Source: an uncultured Candidatus Saccharibacteria bacterium (GTDB lineage Bacteria > Patescibacteriota > Minisyncoccia > Phycocordibacterales > UBA9973). Taken from it: DNA of 64,000 bases. Below are positions 29,475 to 39,054 of the stretch, in pieces. Below the pieces are notes generated by a model. It was not told the origin of the DNA. It did not search any database and saw only the letters and a program-made list of their open reading frames with translations. Position 1 is the first letter of the stretch, and each line of letters starts with the position of its first letter. The translations under genes and the position numbers were made by a program. The stretch is from the NCBI GenBank assembly GCA_964606285.1, contig CAZSFP010000001.1, positions 69,376 to 133,375 on the forward strand, given 5' to 3'.

Positions 29475-30149
29475 TTATTTTGGAGCGACAATCATAACAA
29501 ACTCACCGCGGAGTGTATCAGGATGCATTTTGAAAAAAGTTTGCAATTCTTCTGCGGTGCCACGATGAAATGTCTCATGTATTTTTGTGAGTTCACGAGC
29601 GATGACGATCTGTCGGTCTGGAATATGTGTCAGCAGTGATGCCAATGTTTTTTCTATACGGTGCACTGATTCATAAAAAACAACAGGTATATCAGTATCA
29701 ATCATGTTTTTGAAAATAGTCTCTCTCCCCTTTTTGTGTGGAAGGAATCCGAGAAATGTATATGAGGATGCTGGAATACCACTTGCAGAAAGTGCAGTGA
29801 TGATGGCAGATGCTCCAGGAATAGGTACGATGGTACATTCAGGGAGCTGTTCACGAACTTCCATGACGAGAAGGACACCGGGATCAGAAATGCATGGTGT
29901 ACCTGCATCTGAGACAAGAGCGAGATCATTGCCGTCTTGTAATAATTCAATAATAGCCGCACGTTCCTTTTCCGTGCTGTGTGTATGAAATGATCGTGTT
30001 TTTGTGGAGATATCGTAATGTGTGAGTAGATTCTTTGTTGTCCGAGTATCTTCACAGAGAATCAGATCAACAGCTTTCAAGACTTCAACCGCGCGATACG
30101 TCATATCACCAAGATTGCCTATGGGAGTTGCAACGATATAGAGGGTCAT
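29475..30149 (-). CDS. rsmI: 16S rRNA C1402 2'-O-methyltransferase
   Basis: VATPIGNLGD, CEDTR, VSDAGTP.ISDPG, YES.HR, RELTK.HE. Confidence 0.97.
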   Translation of the reverse strand: MTLYIVATPIGNLGDMTYRAVEVLKAVDLILCEDTRTTKNLLTHYDISTKTRSFHTHSTEKERAAIIELLQDGNDLALVSDAGTPCISDPGVLLVMEVREQLPECTIVPIPGASAIITALSASGIPASSYTFLGFLPHKKGRETIFKNMIDTDIPVVFYESVHRIEKTLASLLTHIPDRQIVIARELTKIHETFHRGTAEELQTFFKMHPDTLRGEFVMIVAPK

Positions 30150-30601
30150 TTTTTGAGTGGATGGAGGTGTGCTGCAATACTAATTGCCAAGCCAATAATA
30201 ACCAAATTTTTGATGATGTATTGCCCTTCCATGGTTGGAACGAGAAAACCACTCCAAGTTATTTGTGGAAGAAGTATGAGTGGTGAAAAAACTGCAATCA
30301 TATGAAAGAAAAGAATTGCAATCGCAATGCGTTCTTTGCCTCGAACAAGAAAGAGTATACCGATCAGCATTTCAAACAATCCGAATCCGACCATAAAGAG
30401 ATCTGGATTGATGAACGGGAGCGTTTGTCCGAGAAGTTGCACAACCAACGGACCCGCCGGAGAGATCATGAGTACCTTGAGCAATCCAAACCAGAAAAAG
30501 ACGATAAAGATCGCCCATCGGCCAAACGGTATGCTGAGCCGTCGCATGAGATGAATAAGTCTCGCATCCATTCTCTCAAGATTTTCATGAATGTGTTTCA
30601 T
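30146..30601 (-). CDS. DoxX/DUF417-like membrane protein
   Basis: FFWFGLLK..SPA, EGQYIIKN. Confidence 0.75.
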   Translation of the reverse strand: MKHIHENLERMDARLIHLMRRLSIPFGRWAIFIVFFWFGLLKVLMISPAGPLVVQLLGQTLPFINPDLFMVGFGLFEMLIGILFLVRGKERIAIAILFFHMIAVFSPLILLPQITWSGFLVPTMEGQYIIKNLVIIGLAISIAAHLHPLKK

Positions 30602-30622
30602 ATATAAAAAGAGTATAACAGA

Positions 30623-30970
30623 TTAATCTTTATTTCTTATGATTTTTGTTTTAAACCATTGCTCTTGAAAATGTATCATTTCTATTATTTCTTCATCTGT
30701 ATAATTTTCTCCTTCTTTTACCACTATCAATTTATCGTCATCATCATTTTCCCGATGAACATATGCGATACAAATACCCGAGATTTCTTTCAAGGATGTT
30801 TTTTCACTCAAATAATATGCATCCAGTTCTTCGCCGTCTGGAGAAACGGTATCAGGAACATATCCATAGTTCAATTCATACACAAAACCATGTTTCGGAT
30901 GTTTTGTTCCAAATGGTCGATCAAAAACTAAGCTAACTTTTTCACCAAGAAAATCTGATGCTTTTGTCAT
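30623..30970 (-). CDS. Short inorganic pyrophosphatase-family protein
   Basis: DRPFG, YELNYGYVP, DGEELDAY, DDDKL. Confidence 0.85.
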   Translation of the reverse strand: MTKASDFLGEKVSLVFDRPFGTKHPKHGFVYELNYGYVPDTVSPDGEELDAYYLSEKTSLKEISGICIAYVHRENDDDDKLIVVKEGENYTDEEIIEMIHFQEQWFKTKIIRNKD

Positions 30971-30972
30971 GA

Positions 30973-31413
30973 TTAGTTCATCTTTATTTTAAATTCATTA
31001 TTTTCTATTTTAGGATCTTTCCAATCAGTGAGTCTATAATAATCAAATAGTTTTCCAGCTTCTATAGTTTCGGTATGTTGTACTGGTAAAGTATCTATAC
31101 CAACAATAGCGTATTGGCGATCATCTATAATTTTTATATTTTCTGTCGGAATAGATTCGGAATCAAAAGAGTATATGTAGACATTTTCTTTTGGATCAAA
31201 ATGATTTGATTCTTTGAAACTGACTGTGTGTTTTTTGTCATCAAGAAAAGTCTCGCCGTTAGGTCGAGCACCCATGGCGACAGCGAAACTATAATCTGGG
31301 GTTAGATAAATACCGTTTAGTAATTCATCTCTCGGTACTTCAGTGTCGCCTTGTTGGGCCTGTCGATTCTCCAGCTTATTAAGTAGTATTTTTGATCCGT
31401 GATATAACTTCAT
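30973..31413 (-). CDS. Hypothetical protein
   Basis: LYHGS...GIYLTP..A start, reminiscent of ADP-ribosyltransferase-like folds (weak). Confidence 0.7.
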   Translation of the reverse strand: MKLYHGSKILLNKLENRQAQQGDTEVPRDELLNGIYLTPDYSFAVAMGARPNGETFLDDKKHTVSFKESNHFDPKENVYIYSFDSESIPTENIKIIDDRQYAIVGIDTLPVQHTETIEAGKLFDYYRLTDWKDPKIENNEFKIKMN

Positions 31414-31443
31414 ATTTTTAGATAGTATTACGTTTGTATATTG

Positions 31444-31515
31444 TGCGCGTGGAAGGAATCGAACCTTCGACCTCTGTCTTATCAGGACAGCGTTCTACCA
31501 CTGAACTACACGCGC
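31444..31515 (-). tRNA. tRNA-Ile (GAU), CCA not encoded
   Basis: GCGCGTG/CACGCGC acceptor stem, CTGTC-CTGATAA-GACAG anticodon arm, GGTTCGATTCC T-arm. Confidence 0.97.
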
Positions 31516-31624
31516 ATATGGTTTTCAACCCGAAAACTATATCAAAAAAAACGAGTATTTGCAATCTTTTTGTAAAACAAAAACTCTCCACATTGCTGTG
31601 GAGAGTTTTTGAAATCACGAGTGA

Positions 31625-31948
31625 TTAGTAGTCGCGTCGAGGACGGTTGAAACCGCCACCATTGCCACCACCGAATCCGCCTTGACGTGGAGGTCGTTCT
31701 GTCATAGGACGAGCGATGTTCACAGTCAATTTGCGGCCTTGGAAATCCTGATCGTGGAACATTGAGATCGCTTTTTCAGCATCTGCATCAGATGCCAATT
31801 CTACGAATCCAAATCCCTTTGATCGGCCAGTTGGCTTGTCGATAATAATTGCAGCTGAAGTAACTTCACCTGCTTGCTCAAAGTGCGCCTTGAGCTCTGC
31901 GTCTGTTGTGCTGTATGGAATACCGCCAACATAAAGTTTTGTTGCCAT
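31625..31948 (-). CDS. RRM RNA-binding protein with Gly-rich tail
   Basis: RNP2 LYVGGI, RNP1 KGFGFVEL. Confidence 0.95.
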   Translation of the reverse strand: MATKLYVGGIPYSTTDAELKAHFEQAGEVTSAAIIIDKPTGRSKGFGFVELASDADAEKAISMFHDQDFQGRKLTVNIARPMTERPPRQGGFGGGNGGGFNRPRRDY

Positions 31949-32076
31949 TTTCTATATGGTTATCGAATAACGTAATTCTTGTTCCCCACACAGTGTATGG
32001 CTCACAAACAAATTACCACTCCTAGTATAGCACATATAATGAAAAAAGCAACCCGTTGGGGATAACTATACACTCT

Positions 32077-32469
32077 CTAAATTGTTGGATCAGCAACTGT
32101 TGCACCACGGAGTGATTTCACAGAAAAGTATGAAGCAACAAGGAATAGAACTGCAGTGACTTGGTTTATAAAACCTGCAAAACCAGCAGTACCACTCGCG
32201 TATGAGTACCATCCCATATATGCAAAGAATATGAGAAAAATGACAGAAACAGCAACATTGAGGCGAAGTGAGAAAAGTTGGACTGGATTTGTGATGCCGG
32301 CAGTAATACCAAGTATTGCAACGGAGATGATCGGTATGATTGCGGGAATATTGAATATATTTGCCATGGTTGGAATTCCCAAAAGAACAAATACTGCACC
32401 AACGATAAATATCAATCGAACGATGTCTCCATAATAATGAGGTATGATTTTTTTAGTTTGTGGTTCCAT
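32077..32469 (-). CDS. Membrane protein (4 TM)
   Basis: HYYGDIVR..F, AGITNP, YFSVKSLRG. Confidence 0.75.
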   Translation of the reverse strand: MEPQTKKIIPHYYGDIVRLIFIVGAVFVLLGIPTMANIFNIPAIIPIISVAILGITAGITNPVQLFSLRLNVAVSVIFLIFFAYMGWYSYASGTAGFAGFINQVTAVLFLVASYFSVKSLRGATVADPTI

Positions 32470-32522
32470 AGAGAAAGTATACTCTTCTCGAATTAAAAAA
32501 CCAAACAATGTAGGCAAAATAA

Positions 32523-32921
32523 TTATTCTGTTGTTTCCCCGTCAAATTCTGGAGCATCAGCTTCAGCTTTTTCTTTTGTTGAGCGAACAACACCGTCTTT
32601 GTGATGTGCGGGAGAATAAATTGTATAAAATTTCAAATCTTCATCACCGGTATTGATGACATTGTGTTGTGCACCTGATGGAACGATAATCGCATCGCCG
32701 TCTTCGACGATGTATTCGGCATCATTGATGACAACCTTCCCTTCGCCTGCTTCAAAGCGGAAAAATTGATCGTTTCCTTCATGGGTTTCGAGTCCAATAT
32801 CTTGACCTGGAAGGAGTGACATAAGCACCAACTGACAATGTTCTCCTGTGTAGAGTACTTCTCTAAAATTCGTATTACCGATCGTCAAATCTTCTATTTG
32901 TCCAAAGTATCCTGTTTTCAT
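32523..32921 (-). CDS. Cupin-domain protein
   Basis: QLVLMSL..G.DIG.E.H, DQFFR.E.G, HNVINTG, YSPAHH. Confidence 0.92.
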   Translation of the reverse strand: MKTGYFGQIEDLTIGNTNFREVLYTGEHCQLVLMSLLPGQDIGLETHEGNDQFFRFEAGEGKVVINDAEYIVEDGDAIIVPSGAQHNVINTGDEDLKFYTIYSPAHHKDGVVRSTKEKAEADAPEFDGETTE

Positions 32922-32927
32922 AATTTT

Positions 32928-33638
32928 TTATTTTAGTTTCTGCACATTGGTAATGGTAACGGTTTGTCCATCACGAACATAGATAAATGTCGCACGTCCG
33001 GCGATATGACCGTCTTCATATGCCATGGTACCAGTTTTTGTCATGGGATCAATGTGGACACTCGTAACATACCAGACACCACCGAGAACGGGTTGTTGTG
33101 GTGCAAGTGTCCAGATGTTTGTGCGAATATATTGTTCGACAATAATTCTGTCATCGAGATCACTGCATGCAACATCATTCATTGGTGCTGCATACGTGAT
33201 TTTGGTCTGATCTTTGTAGATATATGTTCCATCACCACGATCTATCATCTCACCAAAGCCGGCTTGTGCAGTACCTTCACCAAATATTATTTTTAACTGC
33301 TCGGTCACATGCATTCCTTCCGCAAGTGAATCCCACCAGACCAGAGCAGTGCGTGCCATTGCGATTGGATCAACACCACTAACCGTTCCTTCGAATGTTC
33401 CAATCTTACTATCTTTTTCTGCTGGTAGATTTCTGAACTCACCTGTGACCATATCACCGATAAGATTCATTTTTAACCAACTGACATCATAGAGCCCGCG
33501 AGGAGTTTTGGTTTCGCGATAAAAGCACAACTCTATTGCTGTCGGTGCGGTAACGACAGGTACCACTTCTTTTTTGTTGAGGGTCATAAATCCCCAGATA
33601 AGGAGGATAACAACGCCGATAAATAATAAACTTCTCAT
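32928..33638 (-). CDS. Membrane-anchored/secreted hypothetical protein
   Basis: N-terminal TM; PVLGGVWYV..YEDGH C-terminal module. Confidence 0.8.
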   Translation of the reverse strand: MRSLLFIGVVILLIWGFMTLNKKEVVPVVTAPTAIELCFYRETKTPRGLYDVSWLKMNLIGDMVTGEFRNLPAEKDSKIGTFEGTVSGVDPIAMARTALVWWDSLAEGMHVTEQLKIIFGEGTAQAGFGEMIDRGDGTYIYKDQTKITYAAPMNDVACSDLDDRIIVEQYIRTNIWTLAPQQPVLGGVWYVTSVHIDPMTKTGTMAYEDGHIAGRATFIYVRDGQTVTITNVQKLK

Positions 33639-33739
33639 ATACTATAGTATATCATTTTTCGAAAGTAGTACCCCATTGATTATATTGACTTATTGTATAA
33701 AAATGATATAGTTATTAAAACTTTAAAAACATACGAATT

Positions 33740-34465
33740 ATGTTAACAGACTTATTTTCACCTGAGCAAAGGAATCCGGATGGCACCTATAATGAAACCG
33801 CTATTTTTGATAATCAAATAATGACATTAGCGTATCTTGAATTGATTACAGATGATGATCGTCAGTATTTTGAAGGGCAATTTATAAAAAGAAAATCAGA
33901 ATTACATGAACAGTGTATGAGTACTGAACAAGGAGCTATTCCTTTTATGCTTTGCCCAAACCCCCGTTCTTGTTCTTTTGAACATTTGATGGATGTAATA
34001 AATATTGGTGGAAAATCAGAATGGAATACATTGTTTCTTGATGAAAAAGAAATGGATGATTTATGGAAACATCCGCATACTGCACCGCTTTCACATATTG
34101 CATGCGGTATACAAATAGGAATTACTCATGATGACCCTTTTCATTTAAAGGAATCTGTTTTAGGGATTGATAAAGCGCCTGCAAATATACTGGCAAAAAT
34201 ACAAATGCAGCCCGGTTGTGATATAACAGGATTAACCCTGTATGAAGGATTGTTGCTCAGTTTGTATTATCCTGACATGTACGATGTATGGGATGGCATA
34301 CAAACAGCTGCGACATTGTATGGAAAGAAAAAAGAAACACTTCGTATGTATTGGCTCAATCAAAAACCAAATCGGTTTCTGAAAGTTGCGAGAGAAAGTG
34401 CTCCTTTGCTTGATATCAGATATATTTCTCCAAGAGCTCAGAAAAGAATAGTTATTGAGAAATAA
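33740..34465 (+). CDS. Hypothetical protein, possibly distant DUF5701-like (AT-rich cassette)
   Basis: FDNQI..L, IPFML, LTLYEGLLL..YP; own TTGACT promoter at 33685. Confidence 0.65.
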   Translation: MLTDLFSPEQRNPDGTYNETAIFDNQIMTLAYLELITDDDRQYFEGQFIKRKSELHEQCMSTEQGAIPFMLCPNPRSCSFEHLMDVINIGGKSEWNTLFLDEKEMDDLWKHPHTAPLSHIACGIQIGITHDDPFHLKESVLGIDKAPANILAKIQMQPGCDITGLTLYEGLLLSLYYPDMYDVWDGIQTAATLYGKKKETLRMYWLNQKPNRFLKVARESAPLLDIRYISPRAQKRIVIEK

Positions 34466-34549
34466 AACTCAAACAAAAATGGTACCCCATCACGGTGCCA
34501 TTTTTTTATTTTTATATAACATTCTCACATTCTCAAGAATATAAGAATG

Positions 34550-35041
34550 TTACTTTGCGAGAGTGAGGATGTGATCGAAATGTTTTTTGGAGACTGGTTG
34601 AATCGAGAGACGGGATCCGACAGTGCGAACGAGCATGCCGTTGAGCTTCGGATCGATCTTGATCTCACTCAGGGTCACCGGATGTTTGAATGTTTTGACA
34701 TATGCCATATCGACACAGTGCCAAATTGCCCGCCCGGATGACCCGTTCGGACGGGTTTTTTCTTTTGTTGCTTTCGGATCATAATGATCGTCTTTTTTGT
34801 CGAATTGTGTTTCATCAACATGTGCCTTGCTTGCAACTTTGACGACACCGTAGACACCTGTTGGATTCTCGGTCGTGCCACCGGAGTGATAAAAGAGAAC
34901 CATATCCCCTACTTTCATATCTCGCGTCATAAAATTCCGCGCCTGATAATTGCGGACACCGGTCCATGCGACTTTTTTATCTTTCTTCATGTCATCAATC
35001 GAATAACAATCCCATTCTGATTTTATAAGCCAGTAGTTCAT
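34550..35041 (-). CDS. EVE-domain protein carrying a 9-codon palindromic insertion
   Basis: YWLIKSE, WTGVRNYQARNFM, FYHS, RLSIQPV. Confidence 0.95.
   Translation of the reverse strand: MNYWLIKSEWDCYSIDDMKKDKKVAWTGVRNYQARNFMTRDMKVGDMVLFYHSGGTTENPTGVYGVVKVASKAHVDETQFDKKDDHYDPKATKEKTRPNGSSGRAIWHCVDMAYVKTFKHPVTLSEIKIDPKLNGMLVRTVGSRLSIQPVSKKHFDHILTLAK
34729..34755 (-). repeat. 27-bp GC-rich palindromic element inserted in frame in the EVE gene
   Basis: Minus strand CCCGTCCGAACGGGTCATCCGGGCGGG. Confidence 0.75.
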
Positions 35042-35120
35042 ATGGAGTAATTTTATCATATATTTCATCTTATTGACAAAATTATAAATAAAATGTAAAT
35101 TATTAAAAAAATAGAAAACC

Positions 35121-35549
35121 ATGAAGATTGAGTATAGAAGATTTGTTGCGTGTAAAGATTTTCAAAGTGAAAAAACTCAAAAAGGATTACAGAAAAAAGT
35201 TGCACAACTCCTAAGTTCATTATTGATAGGAGCTATTGTTGATAAACGGATAATTGATTTTTTACATGATACCCACATCAATGAATCAAATTCAGATAAA
35301 CAAAAAACACCTCTAGAGGTTTTTGTAGGATCTGGATTTGATACTTGTTCCATATCACCAAGTATTCTGATGGTGTATGATGTTCATTATAAAAAACATG
35401 GTTTTACGGACAAGAAAGAATTTTTTAGAGCCCTTCAATCCCTCAATGAGGTATGGGAAAAATTTTGCACTGTACGAAAATATTCTGATGATGTTTCTTA
35501 TAGTCAACATCTGGAAATTATTATTGAATTTTTTTATGTTACAAAATAA
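35121..35549 (+). CDS. Hypothetical protein (AT-rich cassette)
   Basis: TTGACA-17-TAAATT at 35073-35101; hairpin downstream. Confidence 0.7.
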   Translation: MKIEYRRFVACKDFQSEKTQKGLQKKVAQLLSSLLIGAIVDKRIIDFLHDTHINESNSDKQKTPLEVFVGSGFDTCSISPSILMVYDVHYKKHGFTDKKEFFRALQSLNEVWEKFCTVRKYSDDVSYSQHLEIIIEFFYVTK

Positions 35550-35586
35550 AAATCACGTAATTTGATACGTGATTTTTTTATTTCTA

Positions 35587-36567
35587 TTATTCCTCGTCCT
35601 CACTATCCCCTTGCGTCCCTGCAGCACATGCTTCGAGAATTTTTGAAATGTTACCGGCCATAATAGATGGAATATTGGACCACGATTGTTTGATACGGTG
35701 ATCAGTGATGCGGTCTTGTGGGAAATTGTAGGTGCGGATTTTCTCACTGCGGTCAGCGGTACCGATTTGATTTTTTCGGTCAGCAGAATATTTCTTTGCT
35801 TCCTCCTCGTCTTTCATTTGCTGGAGTCGCGCCGTCAAAACCGTCATCGCTTTCTCACGGTTGCCGAGCTGAGTACGTTCAGATGTACAGCGAACGTCGA
35901 TACCGGTCGGAATGTGGATGAGACGAACAGCAGTTTCAACTTTGTTGACGTTTTGCCCACCTGCACCACCTGAGCGAGAATACTCGATTTCAATATCGAC
36001 AGGATTTATCACGATAGTTGTACGAGTTTTGATCGGCAAAATAGCGACTGATGCAGTCGAAGTGTGCACACGGCCATTTTTCTCGGTTGCTGGGATGCGC
36101 TGGACGCGATGAACACCTGTTTCAAATCGGAGTTCACGGTAGACATCGCGACCCTTGATCTCAATAGCTGCCTCTTTGTAGCCATCGACAGAACTTTTTG
36201 ATTCGTGAATGAATTTCCATGACCATTTCTTTGATTCTGCATACCGTGCGTACATGTTGAGCAATTCCCAGGCAAAGAGTGATGCTTCGTCACCACCTGC
36301 ACCTGCACGGACTTCAAGAATGATTTCATTTGGAAATTCTTCCTCTTCTTTTTCACTTTCCAATATTTTTTGTATCTGTTCTTCTACTCCTTTTTTCTGT
36401 TCGTAGATCAATTCAAGTTCCTTTGTCGCCATTTCATGGAGTGTTTCGTCACTGTCGAGCATTTCCCGAACCTCAGCTTCTTCACGCAAAAGACGCTCAT
36501 ATTCGCCAGCGAGATATGCAGTCTTGTGATCTTTTTTTAATTCATGAATGTCGAATGGTTCGGTCAT
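35587..36567 (-). CDS. prfA: Peptide chain release factor 1 (short N-domain)
   Basis: [10 protein letters not shown] (PxT), [23 protein letters not shown]. Confidence 0.97.
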   Translation of the reverse strand: MTEPFDIHELKKDHKTAYLAGEYERLLREEAEVREMLDSDETLHEMATKELELIYEQKKGVEEQIQKILESEKEEEEFPNEIILEVRAGAGGDEASLFAWELLNMYARYAESKKWSWKFIHESKSSVDGYKEAAIEIKGRDVYRELRFETGVHRVQRIPATEKNGRVHTSTASVAILPIKTRTTIVINPVDIEIEYSRSGGAGGQNVNKVETAVRLIHIPTGIDVRCTSERTQLGNREKAMTVLTARLQQMKDEEEAKKYSADRKNQIGTADRSEKIRTYNFPQDRITDHRIKQSWSNIPSIMAGNISKILEACAAGTQGDSEDEE

Positions 36568-36581
36568 ATTTTAAGTATATC

Positions 36582-36609
36582 ATCCTACTTCGCTAAAGCT
36601 ACGCAGGAT
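36582..36609. repeat. Short palindromic repeat with CTTCGCTAAAGCTACG core
   Basis: 16-nt core shared, inverted, with 54630-54656. Confidence 0.7.
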
Positions 36610-36658
36610 CTTCGAAAAAGAAAAACAACCGGTATGGCTGTTTTTCTTGTGGAGGGAG

Positions 36659-36919
36659 TTATTTCTTCTTTCCTGCGGCTACGCGCTTCTTGAAACGGTC
36701 AACACGACCAGCGGCATCGAGAACAGTTTCTTTGCCAGTATAAAATGGGTGTGACGCACTTGAGATTTCCACGTAGTAGAGTGGGTATTCTTTGCCGTCT
36801 TCTTTGTACACGACTGTTTCAGTCGTTGCGACAGTCGAAGAGATGAGGAATTGTGTTCCCTGACCTGCGTCTTGGAAGACGACTTGACGATAGTTTTTTG
36901 GGTGAATATCTGCTTTCAT
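36659..36919 (-). CDS. rpmE2: 50S ribosomal protein L31 type B (zinc-free)
   Basis: [28 protein letters not shown]; no Cys. Confidence 0.96.
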   Translation of the reverse strand: MKADIHPKNYRQVVFQDAGQGTQFLISSTVATTETVVYKEDGKEYPLYYVEISSASHPFYTGKETVLDAAGRVDRFKKRVAAGKKK

Positions 36920-36941
36920 AAGTTCCTAGATTAGCACAAAG

Positions 36942-38291
36942 TTATAAATCTTGCAATGGGTCAATCATAGTTTCCTGAATTTTCTTTGCCAAAGACATAA
37001 CACTGTTACCGTAAAAGGCATTTGCCGGCTTTTTACTGTCGCACGCCCGTCCAGAGTAGTATCGGCAAGCCGCATTTCGTTCTGCAGTATAACCAGAGCC
37101 ACCTTTCAAGTTATCTTGCAAAAGAACTGACGAGGCAAAGATTGCATCACGTGCATCCCACGGATCTGGTGTACTACCAACAAGTCCTGCGAGTCTGCTT
37201 TTGATCAAAACCCATGTTGATGGGATGAATTGCGCTGGTCCCATGCCACCACCGTAGCCACCACCAGCAATTGGACATGATACGAGAGTTTTATATGGAT
37301 CGCGACCAACACCTTCAGTAATCGAAAGGAATGGTGCAATATCACGTCCCGGCTTCATAACATTTGAAACATATGCGTTTGTTTTGGAATTTTTCCCAGC
37401 GCCAGTTGTTGAATCAGAGAGATAGCATGACCCAGTATTTGCACCCAAGTTACTTTCTTGGGTCATGACAGCGAGCACAAGCGCTGGTCGGACACCAGTT
37501 TTTGCACTGGCAGAAGTTGCATATTCAAGTGCTTTTCCAAACGGAATCGCACCAGTATCACGGAGAGAAAAGAGCTTATCGAGAATTTGTTTTTTTCGAG
37601 CTTGCCGAGCAGCAACTTCTTTTTCATATGCACTTTCTTGTTGTTTACTGATAGTCAAAAGTTGCTTCTTTTCTTTTTCACTGATTTCAACTTTCTTTTT
37701 TTGATTTTCGATTTCTACTTTTGCATCGACTTCAGCATCTTGTTTCTTTTCAAGACTTTTTTTCTCAGCTTCTGTTTTTGTTTTATCTTCTTTTATCTGA
37801 TCAACAGCTTCACTGATGGATTCCTTGATAGTGCTGTATTGGGATATATCCCCATAAAAATCAGAAACGCTGTCATTTGAAAGAAGTAAGTATACAAGAG
37901 ATGCATTGTCATCAAATTCTTGGGTTTTTCTGATGAGTGACGCCAAAGATGCTTTATTTCGGTCCATTGTATCCTCGAGTTCATTGATGGTCGATTTCTT
38001 TTGATTGATCTCTTTATTGAGTTTTGTTATAAGAATATTTTTTTGTTTTACTTTTGCTTGAGCAGCAGAAATTTGCGCCTGAAGGACGGAAATATCCCGA
38101 GAAATACCACCAGAATGAGCTTTTTGTTCCGCGAGTTGTGCTTCTTTTTCTTTGATATCTTGTTCGAGTTGGATCAATTCTGATTCGAGTTGCGCCCGTT
38201 CTGCTTCATTGGTCACTTGCGCCCGAGCAGATGTAGAAAAAACACCTGAAAAGGCAAGGAAACACATGCATATGAGTATCAGTTTTCGCAT
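36942..38291 (-). CDS. Secreted coiled-coil lytic transglycosylase
   Basis: Signal peptide, long coiled coil, QESNLG, GGGMGPAQFIPSTW, PDPW. Confidence 0.88.
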   Translation of the reverse strand: MRKLILICMCFLAFSGVFSTSARAQVTNEAERAQLESELIQLEQDIKEKEAQLAEQKAHSGGISRDISVLQAQISAAQAKVKQKNILITKLNKEINQKKSTINELEDTMDRNKASLASLIRKTQEFDDNASLVYLLLSNDSVSDFYGDISQYSTIKESISEAVDQIKEDKTKTEAEKKSLEKKQDAEVDAKVEIENQKKKVEISEKEKKQLLTISKQQESAYEKEVAARQARKKQILDKLFSLRDTGAIPFGKALEYATSASAKTGVRPALVLAVMTQESNLGANTGSCYLSDSTTGAGKNSKTNAYVSNVMKPGRDIAPFLSITEGVGRDPYKTLVSCPIAGGGYGGGMGPAQFIPSTWVLIKSRLAGLVGSTPDPWDARDAIFASSVLLQDNLKGGSGYTAERNAACRYYSGRACDSKKPANAFYGNSVMSLAKKIQETMIDPLQDL

Positions 38292-38304
38292 AAGGGTCAT
38301 TATA

Positions 38305-38338
38305 GCATAAAACCAACCTTGTAAGGTTGGTTTTATGC
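38305..38338. terminator. 16-bp-stem hairpin after rplY, abutting the -10 of the next gene
   Basis: GCATAAAACCAACCTT-GT-AAGGTTGGTTTTATGC. Confidence 0.75.
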
Positions 38339-38365
38339 ACAGTATGATTTATTGTAAAATAAGAA

Positions 38366-39016
38366 TTATTCGCCTTTAGAGTCAGATTCTGGAGCAGCTT
38401 CTCCTTCTGCTTCCTCTTTACCTTTTTCAACAGAGATACCGATTGCAGAGATATCAACTGGTGCTTCTTCTTTTTCTTCAACTTGTGCCGTGATAGAAGC
38501 CACAATTTCAGTACCTGGTGTTAAAACAGTAACACCTTTTGGAACAATGATATTTGCAACGGTGATATGGCTATCGACTGCATTGAGTCCCCCGATATCA
38601 ACATGGAGATCGTGTGGAAGATCTTTTGGTAATGCCTCGATTTCAACTTCATGGAGTGAATGGATAAGAACACCGAGACTGCCTTTGACTGCTGGTGAGA
38701 CGCCATCGAGGATGATAGGAACATTGACACTGATCGGTTTGTTCGTATCAATACGGAGAAAATCGGCATGGATTGGAGTACCACGAACGACATCCTTTTG
38801 GAGGTCATGGATGAGGGTTGTGATCTTTTCACCATCGAGTTCGAGAGTAACTGTCGTAGATTCACCTGCTTCGTGCCATGCTTTGATGAAAAGTTTTGTT
38901 TCAAGAGAAATGGAAACAGGATCTTTACCCATACCGTACACGACCGCCGGAAGAAGTCCCTTTTCGCGAAGAGCTTCGTTTGATTCTGTTTTCTTTGTTG
39001 CCTGTAATGATATCAT
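38366..39016 (-). CDS. rplY: 50S ribosomal protein L25 (long Ctc form)
   Basis: LPAVVYG, HADF, V.VP..L.G. Confidence 0.96.
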   Translation of the reverse strand: MISLQATKKTESNEALREKGLLPAVVYGMGKDPVSISLETKLFIKAWHEAGESTTVTLELDGEKITTLIHDLQKDVVRGTPIHADFLRIDTNKPISVNVPIILDGVSPAVKGSLGVLIHSLHEVEIEALPKDLPHDLHVDIGGLNAVDSHITVANIIVPKGVTVLTPGTEIVASITAQVEEKEEAPVDISAIGISVEKGKEEAEGEAAPESDSKGE

Positions 39017-39054
39017 AGTTGCCCCAGTATACTTATTTTTCTCAAAAACGCAAG

